DNA of 64,000 bases from an uncultured archaeon (GTDB lineage: Archaea; Thermoplasmatota; Penumbrarchaeia; JASLWR01), in contig CAYFHS010000002.1 in NCBI GenBank assembly GCA_964342815.1, positions 56,690-120,689 on the forward strand, given 5' to 3'. This document shows, in pieces, positions 38,757-49,202 of the stretch (the stretch's first letter is position 1; each line of letters starts with the position of its first letter). Both the position numbers and the translations under genes were made by a program. The notes under the pieces were generated by a model that searched no databases, was not told the DNA's origin, and was given only the letters and a program-made list of their open reading frames with translations.

Positions 38757-41700
38757 ATGAATAACCATATACTTAAAAGTGTTATGACAGTCGTCTTATC
38801 ATTCCTTTTGATACTATCATCCATGCCATTGATGTGTACATCTTCTTCAAACAATACTCTGAGAGTGATATCGAGAGGTAACACTATCATTGTAAATGCA
38901 TCCGGTGGGGGAGATTACACACACATTCGATGGGCTATCAGTAATGCAAGCGAGGGGGATACAGTCTATGTAGAGGCCGGAACATATTACGAAAATATTT
39001 ATATTGATAAGAGGATAAAACTTATCGGAGAGGGGGAGAATAAGACAATCCTCGAAGGAAATTGGATGAATGGTATTGTGATGATAATGGTAAACGACGT
39101 TCATATCTCAGGTTTTACAATAATCGAAACCAAAACAAATCCAGATTATTCAAGAGGAATTGGATTATGGGAGGCAAACGGATGCTGGATCGAAAATAAT
39201 GTCTTTACTGTAAGTCAGTCGGGAATAGATCTTGACGAATCTAGTAACAATACAATTTTCAATAACATTTTTGTTAATAATAATAATCATGGAATTTCAT
39301 CTAACGGCGCATACAATAATACAATTTTCGACAATATCTTCCTTAACAATACTCGTGGTATGAGTATGTACGAATCAGACAATAACATTGTAAATGATAA
39401 TCTATTTAATAATAATAATTTTGGTATTCTTACCAGTACATCTAAGAATAACAATATAAGCAATAATTCCTTTATGTCCGATGGTTCCGACATCTGGCGG
39501 AACGATATTTGGATATCCGGTGGTCAAAATAATACAATATCCAAGAATATATGCCAAACTCGTAAAGGCTACGGGATCAATCTTGAAGTAACAACCCACA
39601 ACATTGTTACCGGGAACGAAATGATGAAAAACGGCATTTACTTGAAGGGCTCTTCCATAGAGGAATGGACTACTCATTCTATCGATAAGCTTAACACAGT
39701 AAACGGTAAACCGGTAATTTACATGAAGAATTCAGTTGGAGGTATTGTCCCCAATGGCGCTGGTCAGATAATACTTGCCAATTGTTCTTCAGTTATCGTT
39801 GATAATCAAAACCTAAGCAATGGGTTATATGGTCTTCAAGTCGGTTACTCATCCAATAATACTATCAGGAACAATACTGTCTTGAATAATTATTTGTCTG
39901 GAATTTACATCTATGAATCAGACGGGAATATAATATCAAATAACACATGCAGTTCAAATGGCGAAAATGGAATCAGGTTGAGTGGTTCTGGTAATCATCT
40001 GATAAATAACAACTGCAATTCGAATGGAGGGTCCGGGATCTCAGCGGGTAGAAGAAGGAACAATATCTCCAACAACATATGTAATTTTAATAAAGGGAAT
40101 GGAGGCATATATATTTGGGGAAATGATAACACTATTTCTTATAATATATGCAATTCGAATGTCGAAATAGGAATTCATCTAACAGGCAGGGACAATACAT
40201 TTTCAAATAATTCCTGTTCATACAATGAAGATGGTATAGAACTTGTACGGTCGGAAAGAAATTCATTGTACAAAAATAACTGTTATTCGAATGTTCAGTC
40301 GGCTTTTGTTCTTTACGAATCTCACGATAACACATTAGATGACAATTATGCCATAAATAACAGCGCGGCAATTACTCTCGACACTTCTAAAAGGAATACT
40401 TTGGTCTACAATATAATGGATGGATGTGGAATATATATTGATGATCGTGGGCTTCCTGGTGATATAGAAAATTGGAATACACAAAACATTGATATTTCAA
40501 ATTTGGTAGATGGAAAACCGGTTTATTATTTGAAGAATGAAACCGGCGGTATTGTCCCTCCCAGTGCTGGTCAGGTGATCCTGGCAAACTGTACGGGAAT
40601 AACTGTTGAGAACCAAAATATTGGTAATGCCACTGTTGGCATTGGAGTATATTATTCATATAATAATAGCATCCTCAACAATACGTGCAGCAACAATATT
40701 TACGATGGAATAAAATTTTTTAATTCGAGCAAGAACCTGGTTAAAGATAACACAGTTACCTTAAACAACTGGAGTGCGATCTATCTTTCGGCTAAATCCG
40801 AGAATAATACTATTGACCATAACACCTGTAATTCAAATTACTTTCGTGGGATAGTAATTGGTGATTATTGGGGCGAGTGTAACAACAATATAATTATCAA
40901 CAATACCTGCTCTAATGCCTCATATGGGATACATATTAGCAGATCAGAAAATAATCTGATTAAGAGTAATATAATTCACAATAATTCTAGATATGGTATC
41001 GTTCTAAGTCGTGCCACAGATAATATGCTTAATAATAATAATTTGACAGAAAATGGTATTCAGATATGGGGGTTTTCACTTGAACAATGGAACACGCACA
41101 GGATCAACATTACAAACAAGGTTAACGGGAAGCCGGTCTATTATTGGAACAATGTCAGGAAGGGAAATATACCTAAAGGCGCCGGGCAGATAATACTTGC
41201 AAATTGTTCCGGTGTCAATATAGGAAACCAAGAGATATCAAATACTTCAACCGGCATCATCCTGGGATTCTCTCAAAACAACACAATTGTAAATAATTCC
41301 TGCAAAAACAATCTCTACGGGATAGAGCTCACGAAATCCTCAAATAATTATATCCATTATAATACTGCAAATGCAAATATGTATGCCGGGGTATCAATTG
41401 GATCGGATTCCGATGGAAATATTATTATTGAAAACACCATCAATTATAATTTTGGAGCTGGATTATCTTGTTATGATTCCTCTTCGAACATAATTTCAAA
41501 AAACATGATTTTTTCAAACGAATATAATGGTATTTATTATAGAGGCGAACTAGGTAGAATCGAGAACAACAATATCTCAAATAACTACTATGGAATCACA
41601 ATCGAACGAGAAACAAATTCACTCATAATTGTTAACAATGATATTTCAAACAATGAAAAACTGGGCCTTGACATCAGCAGATCTACCGAAAACAATCTGA

Positions 41701-42359
41701 TACATCACAACAATTTCGTAAAGAATAATAACGGCGGCATTCAGGCCCGGGATAATGGCACAGATAACGTGTGGAACACAAACACGGAGGGCAATTACTG
41801 GTCTGAATGGACTGCCCCCGACACCGATGAGGACGGTATTGTCGATTATGAATATCTCATTAATGGCACAGCTGGTACACTTGACAGATATCCCGTTGTA
41901 GAACCTGTTGATAAAACACTCCCCGTGGCTTATGGCGGGCAAGAAAAACTTGTTTATGAAGGAGCAACGGTTGAGCTGGATGGGACATATTCATATGATG
42001 ATACAGGTATTGAAAACTATACGTGGTCATTAGTTTACGACGATCGAGAAGTCTCAATATACGGCCGGAAAACGAATTTCACCTTTGAAATTCCGGGGAT
42101 TTACGAGGTGAATCTGACGGTTACCGATATCGATGGAAATGAGGCGCACGATCTTGTAATAATTGTAGTAAATCCATTGCCGGACGGTAATGTTCCGGAT
42201 GAGGCCTACTATCCCGGGAAAGAAGATAATCTCAGGACAGCATTATATGCCGTTATCATTGCAATTGTTCTCGTAATATTTGTATGGTTGGTAGTAAGAA
42301 AACGAAGGAACAAGATGAGATCTAGGTCACCAGAAGAAGAGCGGATGAAACCTAAATAA
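38757..42359 (+). CDS. NosD/parallel beta-helix surface protein with PKD domain and TM anchor (paralog of 33487-37926)
   Basis: Similar signal peptide and SRGNTIIVNASGG.DY; three W..H.ID..N.V.GKPV.Y...G.IP..AGQ.ILANC units; PKD; TM + RKRR. Confidence 0.85.
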   Translation: MNNHILKSVMTVVLSFLLILSSMPLMCTSSSNNTLRVISRGNTIIVNASGGGDYTHIRWAISNASEGDTVYVEAGTYYENIYIDKRIKLIGEGENKTILEGNWMNGIVMIMVNDVHISGFTIIETKTNPDYSRGIGLWEANGCWIENNVFTVSQSGIDLDESSNNTIFNNIFVNNNNHGISSNGAYNNTIFDNIFLNNTRGMSMYESDNNIVNDNLFNNNNFGILTSTSKNNNISNNSFMSDGSDIWRNDIWISGGQNNTISKNICQTRKGYGINLEVTTHNIVTGNEMMKNGIYLKGSSIEEWTTHSIDKLNTVNGKPVIYMKNSVGGIVPNGAGQIILANCSSVIVDNQNLSNGLYGLQVGYSSNNTIRNNTVLNNYLSGIYIYESDGNIISNNTCSSNGENGIRLSGSGNHLINNNCNSNGGSGISAGRRRNNISNNICNFNKGNGGIYIWGNDNTISYNICNSNVEIGIHLTGRDNTFSNNSCSYNEDGIELVRSERNSLYKNNCYSNVQSAFVLYESHDNTLDDNYAINNSAAITLDTSKRNTLVYNIMDGCGIYIDDRGLPGDIENWNTQNIDISNLVDGKPVYYLKNETGGIVPPSAGQVILANCTGITVENQNIGNATVGIGVYYSYNNSILNNTCSNNIYDGIKFFNSSKNLVKDNTVTLNNWSAIYLSAKSENNTIDHNTCNSNYFRGIVIGDYWGECNNNIIINNTCSNASYGIHISRSENNLIKSNIIHNNSRYGIVLSRATDNMLNNNNLTENGIQIWGFSLEQWNTHRINITNKVNGKPVYYWNNVRKGNIPKGAGQIILANCSGVNIGNQEISNTSTGIILGFSQNNTIVNNSCKNNLYGIELTKSSNNYIHYNTANANMYAGVSIGSDSDGNIIIENTINYNFGAGLSCYDSSSNIISKNMIFSNEYNGIYYRGELGRIENNNISNNYYGITIERETNSLIIVNNDISNNEKLGLDISRSTENNLIHHNNFVKNNNGGIQARDNGTDNVWNTNTEGNYWSEWTAPDTDEDGIVDYEYLINGTAGTLDRYPVVEPVDKTLPVAYGGQEKLVYEGATVELDGTYSYDDTGIENYTWSLVYDDREVSIYGRKTNFTFEIPGIYEVNLTVTDIDGNEAHDLVIIVVNPLPDGNVPDEAYYPGKEDNLRTALYAVIIAIVLVIFVWLVVRKRRNKMRSRSPEEERMKPK

Positions 42360-42524
42360 ATCTGCTATGTCATACCCAGGAGGCACGACATTCCTTATTT
42401 TCGTTACATGCTCTCCCGGCTCCTTTTTAATAAATGAGAAAGCATACAGATCCAAGTGCAAAAAATAGTCGATACCCTCCGGTAAGTCGATAATGAAAAT
42501 TACTAAAAAAATCAACCGGAACAA

Positions 42525-42746
42525 TCAGAAGGTCTCAAGCTTGAACATAACGTCCGAGCCTTTCAGCTCCAGCAGTATCTTGTCACCAAAGTTGAGTATC
42601 TCATCTATATCGGCCTCATGATCCCACTGGTACTCGAAGTCATACGCTCCTTCAATGGGGCGAAATCCCATTCCCAGCAGATGCTTCGTCACCTCGGATG
42701 GTTTGGAGCCGTTTGACGAGAACCACACAACGAGATATGTCTTCAT
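42525..42746 (-). CDS. Small conserved-looking hypothetical protein
   Basis: GGTGAG RBS; globular alpha/beta-like sequence; same orientation as its neighbours. Confidence 0.7.
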   Translation of the reverse strand: MKTYLVVWFSSNGSKPSEVTKHLLGMGFRPIEGAYDFEYQWDHEADIDEILNFGDKILLELKGSDVMFKLETF

Positions 42747-42834
42747 AAATTCTCACCTATTTACACTCAGCACGAAGGATTCAATCCTATTTAAACGTTG
42801 GTCATTCTTGGGAGATAATCAATAAGTGCACTCC

Positions 42835-43266
42835 TCAATATTTCAAAAATCGTTCCATTTCCTTCGCTTTGGCCACCCATTCCTTAACATCATCTCCGGA
42901 AGGTTTGTCGTTCACATCATCCAGAAATGCAATATCATATTCCTCGATTGACTTATAGAGCCGTTCCGGGTTACGCTGCGCGAGCTCGGGTATCGTATCC
43001 ACACCCACCTTTTCGAGCAGCCATGCCCATGGAGGTGTGATGGTCTCGATACGCAGAAGATCGGCCATATTCGCCATTGTGAGTATGTCTCCCTCGTGAA
43101 TTTCCAGTAAATCCGATATGATCTGGCGGTCGTTTCGGGTAACACACATCTCTAGGAATTCCTTGGTGGTGGTGATCTCCTGTTCTTCCAGCTTTTCCGC
43201 AATAGTATCGTTCACGCCGACCAGGACCCGGATCGGATAGTCTGTGGTACCTTTCTTCTTTGCCAT
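42835..43266 (-). CDS. DUF4332-like helix-hairpin-helix protein
   Basis: GV...AEKL....I.T; ANMADLLRI......A.LLEKVGVDTIPELAQRNPE.L; PS...V.EWV..AK. Confidence 0.85.
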   Translation of the reverse strand: MAKKKGTTDYPIRVLVGVNDTIAEKLEEQEITTTKEFLEMCVTRNDRQIISDLLEIHEGDILTMANMADLLRIETITPPWAWLLEKVGVDTIPELAQRNPERLYKSIEEYDIAFLDDVNDKPSGDDVKEWVAKAKEMERFLKY

Positions 43267-43305
43267 GCGATAACCCCGCTTTTGATCATATAGGTATTAA
43301 TAATT

Positions 43306-43510
43306 CAGCGGATTCGGTCCCCGTTGGGGCTCCCGTTGCACTCCGGTCAATCAGAGATTGCCCTGAGCCCTCGGCCATGCTCGATGAAACAAGTTTCATC
43401 TGCACCCGACATATAATCGGAGATTATATTAGGATTCGGAGAAACTCTGTTTCTCCATCACCCTCGGCATGTATGCCTACGAGTTATGCCTGCGGGCTGC
43501 AAGATTCCGC
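43306..43510 (+). repeat. Multi-hairpin intergenic element, copy B
   Basis: CTCCCGTTGCACTCCGGT, CTGAGCCCTCGG, CACCCTC-GGCA/TGCC-TACG and GCCTGCGGGC blocks shared with copy A; hairpins GATGAAAC/GTTTCATC, ATATAATC/GATTATAT, GGAGAAAC/GTTTCTCC. Confidence 0.8.
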
Positions 43511-43669
43511 GAACATTGTCATAAGTGCAAACTCCGACAAATCTTTGGATTCGTCGAGATTCGCACTAATAACAATATGCTACTATAAAAAAATTGACCT
43601 CATTTAAGAAAGACGATCCTAGGAATTTCTGGGACCTGGGAATATTGATGATCTCGTGAAAACCAAATA

Positions 43670-44653
43670 TTAATATTTCCGGGTGATATTATAATCGGCC
43701 AGTGCTTCCAAAATCTCTTTCGCAGCACTCGGTGGAAAGTAGTCGAGAGACCTCTTTGCTCTTTCGGCATATTGCTCTGCCTCCATTCTTGCTTGGTCCA
43801 CAGAACCGAGTTTAACCAGAACATCTGCCGCTCTGTTGAGGGCTTCCTCGGTTGCAGACTGGTTGCCCAGAACCCGGCCAAGTATTTCCCTTTCCGTCGG
43901 TCCGGCCTTCTCAAATGCAGTCACGATTATCAATGTCTTCTTGTTCTTTTTGAGATCGCTCTTAGAGGGCTTACCCAGTTCTCGCGAAAGCGAGACAACG
44001 TCCAGGTGATCGTCTGAAAGCTGGAAAGATATCCCGAAATTCATACCGAATTCTCCGAGAGCCGAAACCGCCTCCTCGCTCGCCCCGGATATCAACGCAG
44101 CTCCCCTGAATGCCATCTCGAATATCTTTGCCGTCTTGTTCTCGATCATTCTGAAGTATTCTTCCACGGTGACGTCGTCCCTATTCTCAAAATCTATATC
44201 ATCCTGCTGCCCTTCGCCTATGGCTCTAACTGTCACTGCCATTTCCCGAACAAGTCTGCGGAAAGTGGAGTGGCTGCAGTTGCTGCGCGTGACGATGTCG
44301 AAGGCATGGGAATGAAGCCCGTTCCCCGCATTTATGGCTGTTGGAATACTGAATACCGTATGGACGGTGGGTGTACCTCTCCTGAGGTCGTCCTCGTCCA
44401 TAATATCGTCATGCACCAGGGTGAAGTTGTGAATCAGTTCGAGGGCGACACCAAAAGGCATTACTTCGTGGATACTGCCCCCTGCCAGCTCGCAGGCAAG
44501 CATGGCACAGATAGGTCTCAGACGTTTGCCCCCTGCATTGGGGAGATGCTCCATGGCCGCCCTCAGATTCGCCTGTACTATGGGATCAAATATATTTTCG
44601 AGATATTCCTCGACCTTTTCCTTTCTTGTCTCTAGCTCCCATCGTAGATCCAA
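43670..44653 (-). CDS. idsA: Polyprenyl (geranylgeranyl) diphosphate synthase
   Basis: GGKRLRP; LIHNFTLVHDDIMD.D.LRRG (FARM); GQ..D; KTA; FQLSDDHLD (SARM). Confidence 0.93.
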   Translation of the reverse strand: MDLRWELETRKEKVEEYLENIFDPIVQANLRAAMEHLPNAGGKRLRPICAMLACELAGGSIHEVMPFGVALELIHNFTLVHDDIMDEDDLRRGTPTVHTVFSIPTAINAGNGLHSHAFDIVTRSNCSHSTFRRLVREMAVTVRAIGEGQQDDIDFENRDDVTVEEYFRMIENKTAKIFEMAFRGAALISGASEEAVSALGEFGMNFGISFQLSDDHLDVVSLSRELGKPSKSDLKKNKKTLIIVTAFEKAGPTEREILGRVLGNQSATEEALNRAADVLVKLGSVDQARMEAEQYAERAKRSLDYFPPSAAKEILEALADYNITRKY

Positions 44654-44751
44654 TTACTCCCTCCGATCTTATCTTGACCGATCTTTAATATCGCTGCTGT
44701 CTATATATCTTTTTCCCGGAATCTCGTTGCTTATCAGCGACAATTCACACA

Positions 44752-45738
44752 TTACCACCAGTTGTCCAACTCGCCACCATGGCGTTCGGCGTACCAAGAT
44801 ACCGTTCTTTTCAAACCCTCCTGGAAATCCATAATGGGTTTCCAGCCCGTAACACTGTGTATCTTCTCCCAATTCACGCGATGCCTTTCCACATGCGCCG
44901 GTCTGTCATCCACCCAATCTATCATATCTTCCGTGTCAACTTTCAATAATTTTGCAATGGACATGGTTATCTCCAGAACAGATCTCTCCACACCGGTCCC
45001 TATGTTGAACACCTCACCCATGACATTGTCGGGAAAATGATCCATAAGGGATAGTATGGCCCGGCAGGTATCCGTTACGTAAAGCCACTCTCTTGTGTTT
45101 CCACCGGTACCGTACACGGGTACTCTTTCGCTTTCAAGCATTCTTTTGATGAACTTTGGTATGAGCTTTTCGGGGTATTGTCTCGGCCCGTAATTGTTTA
45201 CCGGTCTCACGATACACAACGGTGTGTCGTAAGTATTAAAGAAGGATCTTGCGGTGAGGTCGGCAGCGGCCTTGGATGCCGCGTATGGGCTTGCCGGTTT
45301 AAAAAGAGTATCGCTCTCGAGAGCTGGTTCCCGACAGTTCCCGTAGACCTCGTCAGTGGATACGACCACTATCTTCGGAACTTCGTGACTGCGGCAAGAT
45401 TCAAGAATGTTAAGCGTGCCTATGACATTCGTTTCGAAAAACGGACGAGCGGAATTTATGGAACGATCCACATGCGTTTCCGCGGCAAAATGGACAACAG
45501 TGCCAGCACCTTTCAATATCTCGTCGACAAGTCCATTCCGGCAAATCGAGCCCTCCACGATAGATAATGAACTCATCTCCGCATGTTCTTCAAGGTTCCT
45601 TCTGGAACCACAGTAGGTATTAGCATCAAGCACCACAAGCTCCCGTCCAGGCCATGTTGACAGAACCAGATCGACAAAATGCGATCCTATGAATCCAAGA
45701 GCCCCGGTAACGATCATCTTCCCACAAGGCAAGCTCAA
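44752..45738 (-). CDS. rfbB: dTDP-glucose 4,6-dehydratase
   Basis: TGALGFIGSHF; HFAAETHVDRSI; STDEVYG; PYAASKA; NNYGPRQYPEKLIP; REWLYVTD. Confidence 0.93.
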   Translation of the reverse strand: MSLPCGKMIVTGALGFIGSHFVDLVLSTWPGRELVVLDANTYCGSRRNLEEHAEMSSLSIVEGSICRNGLVDEILKGAGTVVHFAAETHVDRSINSARPFFETNVIGTLNILESCRSHEVPKIVVVSTDEVYGNCREPALESDTLFKPASPYAASKAAADLTARSFFNTYDTPLCIVRPVNNYGPRQYPEKLIPKFIKRMLESERVPVYGTGGNTREWLYVTDTCRAILSLMDHFPDNVMGEVFNIGTGVERSVLEITMSIAKLLKVDTEDMIDWVDDRPAHVERHRVNWEKIHSVTGWKPIMDFQEGLKRTVSWYAERHGGELDNWW

Positions 45739-45938
45739 ACAGACCCCCTTTCTCTGATAGATTCACTCTTTCCATTACACACTGTAGCCCAATATACGTT
45801 TAACGTCAAAAAGGGCTCGACTGCCACGATTGCATGTTCTTCCATAATCATGAAAAAACCTTAGATTACAACTTGACAAACGGATCGAAATAAAATTCCG
45901 ACCTGCAATTGAAAGAGGGAGAATCGCCTGGAAAACAT

Positions 45939-46616
45939 TTATTCCATTCTGAACACGTTTATACCATCCATGGATAGTTCCATGGACAGTACATCCTTGC
46001 TGTGGTTCGTACCCCTTAATTTCCTCACTCTCATCAGGTTCTTGTACACCAAGGGATTATCCAGTGTCTTGAGTTCCAGAAATATAAGTCCGTCCACCAT
46101 GTATGCTTCGATATCGGCAATGCTTTCCGGGGTTTTCTCCCCTATAATGGTGGTAAGCACGTTCAAATTTCGTAAAGCAGTGAGGAACTCATACAGGTAT
46201 TTCCTGTAATCGAAAGCAGAAGCAAAGAGGTGGGATAGAGGCAACGGATCGATAACTATTCGTGCGGCCTTCGTCTGTCGAACCACATCGGCGATTGTGG
46301 AAAGTGCCTTCTTCGGTCCCATGGTCTGGATGGATGTCCCAAGGTCCCAGAACTGAACCTTGCCCGATTTGACGAGTTCTTCATCATAGAAATCGAATTT
46401 TGACATGAACTTCTTGACCATGAACACTGGTTCCGCCACACCAGTCATGTAGATATTCGTTTCACCCTGGTTTGCTCCCCAGAACAACTGTTGCATGCCG
46501 AAAGTTGTCTTTCCGGTCCCGGGCTCCCCAAGAACGAGTATTACGGAGGGGAAAGGAAAACCACCTTCGATAACCTCGTCTAGGCCAGGAATGCCTGATG
46601 GTAAACGCTCAAACAT
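45939..46616 (-). CDS. KaiC/RAD55-family ATPase (single domain)
   Basis: SGIPGLDEVIEGG; GEPGTGKT; RIVIDP; YMVDGLIFL; VRKLRGTNHS. Confidence 0.9.
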   Translation of the reverse strand: MFERLPSGIPGLDEVIEGGFPFPSVILVLGEPGTGKTTFGMQQLFWGANQGETNIYMTGVAEPVFMVKKFMSKFDFYDEELVKSGKVQFWDLGTSIQTMGPKKALSTIADVVRQTKAARIVIDPLPLSHLFASAFDYRKYLYEFLTALRNLNVLTTIIGEKTPESIADIEAYMVDGLIFLELKTLDNPLVYKNLMRVRKLRGTNHSKDVLSMELSMDGINVFRME

Positions 46617-46853
46617 TTATTCAACCACCCTTATGTCTTTTTTGGGATTTCATATGAACCATTTGAAAAAAAAAATTTCTGGTCATATCATAAAACGGTA
46701 CCAGATTGGGGTTTGATAATATTAACATTTTGTGGTGCATTTCTATTATTATAAAACCTTATGGTACCACCGGATATAGATATTTATATATAACTTCGCT
46801 CACTACACTTATTACGTCCAGTTCAGTGAGATCATCGGGACGAAGAATGAATT

Positions 46854-48110
46854 GTGGCGAGGCGAATGAGAACTTCCCCCAAAGAATCAATTGTCGATCG
46901 GGACGAAATATTCTACCAACGATATGTGAGTCCACAATGGAGATTTCGAAGGAGGATATTGCACTGGGGGGTTAGGGGCGGTAGTATTATCTGCGGACTC
47001 GCGGTCCTGTCTCTCGTAGTGCTGATAATTACGAATTACTGGTCATTAATATACAGTATTTACACCGTTCCCGGGTATCTTATGGACTCGGTGATGGAGC
47101 CAACATTTTACCTGCTGGTTCCATTCCCCGGTATCCTCGTGCCTTTCTATGTGGGCGGAGGTGGCATAGAAGCGGTCATTTATTTTTTCTTTCTGGTAAT
47201 TGTATTAATCCTGGCTATCGTCTTCATGATCAAGAGTGAGGGCCGTCATTTCCTGAACATTGTCAGATCGGCCATAATTAGAAAAAGAGCGCCCCCCGCC
47301 GATGAAAATAATTCATTTATTATGCTCTTCCAGCTCTTTATGACAATCCTTTTCATCAACATGATTATCATTGTAATACATACCTTGCTGACCGGGAACA
47401 GCCCCTCGGTACCAGAAAGCCTTGGTGAAAGTACGTTACTGGAAAAAAGACTATATATGCTTGCCAATGCATCGGTTTACGAGGAAATCGTTACCAGAAT
47501 ATTACTGCTTGGTCTACCCCTGTACTTCGTTGCCAAGCTGACCAAAAAGAAGGACCGAGCATGGTACAAATATCTTTTGGGAGGTAATATCAAGATAGGT
47601 ATCAGTGCCTATTTCTTTGCATTGTTCAGCGCTTCTCTCTTCGGAATGGCTCACCTGAGTTGGGGAGCATGGAAGGTCATTCCCACGATTATCTCAGGTT
47701 TGGCTTTCTCATATATTTTTCTTAAGAAAGGCATTTTTCCGGCAATAGTATTCCACTTTCTCTTCGACTATCTGGGGATGGGCGGATCCATTATAGAGCA
47801 TTCGGGTCATTCAGCGGTCGGATACAACGCAGTATTCTCCCTGCTTTTACTGCTGTGGCTCCATGCGGGAATAAGATATTTCGCACATTACTCTCTAAAA
47901 TCATTATATTTTGTTTACAATTCGATTGTAAAATTTTTTAAAATCCGAAGGAAAAAAATCCGGATAAAGCTCAAAACCGAGATTGCATTGAGTTTATTAT
48001 TACTCCTGCTCTTCTATTGTCTTTTCTACCTAAGTCTGTCAAAAAATATTGATGACACCGGAGGAAACAATGTAATAGCAAGCCTTTTCAGAGCGTTCAT
48101 CAATCGATAA
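46854..48110 (+). CDS. CPBP (CAAX/Abi) intramembrane glutamic endopeptidase
   Basis: EEIVTR, FGMAH and HFLFD motifs in a multi-TM protein. Confidence 0.85.
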   Translation: MARRMRTSPKESIVDRDEIFYQRYVSPQWRFRRRILHWGVRGGSIICGLAVLSLVVLIITNYWSLIYSIYTVPGYLMDSVMEPTFYLLVPFPGILVPFYVGGGGIEAVIYFFFLVIVLILAIVFMIKSEGRHFLNIVRSAIIRKRAPPADENNSFIMLFQLFMTILFINMIIIVIHTLLTGNSPSVPESLGESTLLEKRLYMLANASVYEEIVTRILLLGLPLYFVAKLTKKKDRAWYKYLLGGNIKIGISAYFFALFSASLFGMAHLSWGAWKVIPTIISGLAFSYIFLKKGIFPAIVFHFLFDYLGMGGSIIEHSGHSAVGYNAVFSLLLLLWLHAGIRYFAHYSLKSLYFVYNSIVKFFKIRRKKIRIKLKTEIALSLLLLLLFYCLFYLSLSKNIDDTGGNNVIASLFRAFINR

Positions 48111-48125
48111 CAGAGGGATTTATTA

Positions 48126-49151
48126 TTGACATCCATAAAGGAAATATTGATACTTTCGAGGATTCAAACCGCCGCGCTGACAGCCGTGGTGCCAGTATTT
48201 GGATATTTGGTCTCTACCGGTCTCATAAGGGGAGATAACTCCATACCGATTAAATGGCTCGAGCTTATACTGCTGGGATTGGTCGGATTTTTCGTTCATG
48301 TCTTCGGATTCGTTCACAATGAGATAATGGATGCGAAATTCGATTCACTGAATCCCATCCACCGAAACAAACCTCTCGTAAAGGGTACGATAGCTCGAAG
48401 TTTTGCCGGGATTCTGGTGATAATCTGTATAATTCTATCCGTCGGCATCCTTCATTTTTACTTCGATGTACCGGAGGCCACACTTCTTCTGGTGATCTCC
48501 ATACTCATGGGCAGTATCTATAATATAATTGGAAAAAAAATACCCGCCATGGATATTTTCCTGGCACTCTGGGCTTTTTTTTATTTCCTTTCGGGGGCTC
48601 GATTGGCCGGGTCTCTGGAACCCGAAATATATGTCTTCGGCTGCCTGGCGGCACTGCAGATAATGTTCAATAACGGCATCATCGGAGGATTAAAGGACGC
48701 GGTGACTGACCGAAATGCGGGAGCTATGACCATGGCCACCGAGTTGGGAGTTATTGACGGTGGGAATGGTTTGGTAATTCCTAAAACCTTCAAGCTCATT
48801 AGTTGGATTATCAAATCCGGACAAATTGCCCTTGGTTTGATGATCATTCTTTACTTTCATAATTTTGCTGGCTTTTCAGGCACGGAAAAGATATTCTTTC
48901 TTGCGTTTGTGGGATTGACAGCTTTTACCATGGTGATTTTCCAGGGTTATGCTTTGAGCCGCAAGATGACGAGAATGAGGATGCTTCGCATATTTGCCGT
49001 TCATGAACTTGCCACCGTATGCTACACTTTCACCATCGCTATACCCTTTATAGGTGTTGCAACAGCAACATTTTTGCTGTTAATGCCGCTAGCATGGTTC
49101 GTTCTGGGAAACCGCTTTCTTTACCGGACCACCATGGTTCCAAGAATTTGA
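48126..49151 (+). CDS. UbiA-family prenyltransferase
   Basis: HNEIMD..FD..NP....KPLVKG; YN...K; GGLKD..TD; multi-TM. Confidence 0.85.
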   Translation: MTSIKEILILSRIQTAALTAVVPVFGYLVSTGLIRGDNSIPIKWLELILLGLVGFFVHVFGFVHNEIMDAKFDSLNPIHRNKPLVKGTIARSFAGILVIICIILSVGILHFYFDVPEATLLLVISILMGSIYNIIGKKIPAMDIFLALWAFFYFLSGARLAGSLEPEIYVFGCLAALQIMFNNGIIGGLKDAVTDRNAGAMTMATELGVIDGGNGLVIPKTFKLISWIIKSGQIALGLMIILYFHNFAGFSGTEKIFFLAFVGLTAFTMVIFQGYALSRKMTRMRMLRIFAVHELATVCYTFTIAIPFIGVATATFLLLMPLAWFVLGNRFLYRTTMVPRI

Positions 49152-49202
49152 GAGCAGGTAAAAGGAGAAAATACTGCATAAAATGCTCAAAGGAGTTTTC
49201 GC

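Noticed and set aside
43260-43607. 115-aa ORF on the + strand
   Set aside because: It overlaps repeat element B and the start of the opposite gene, and has no protein-like motifs.
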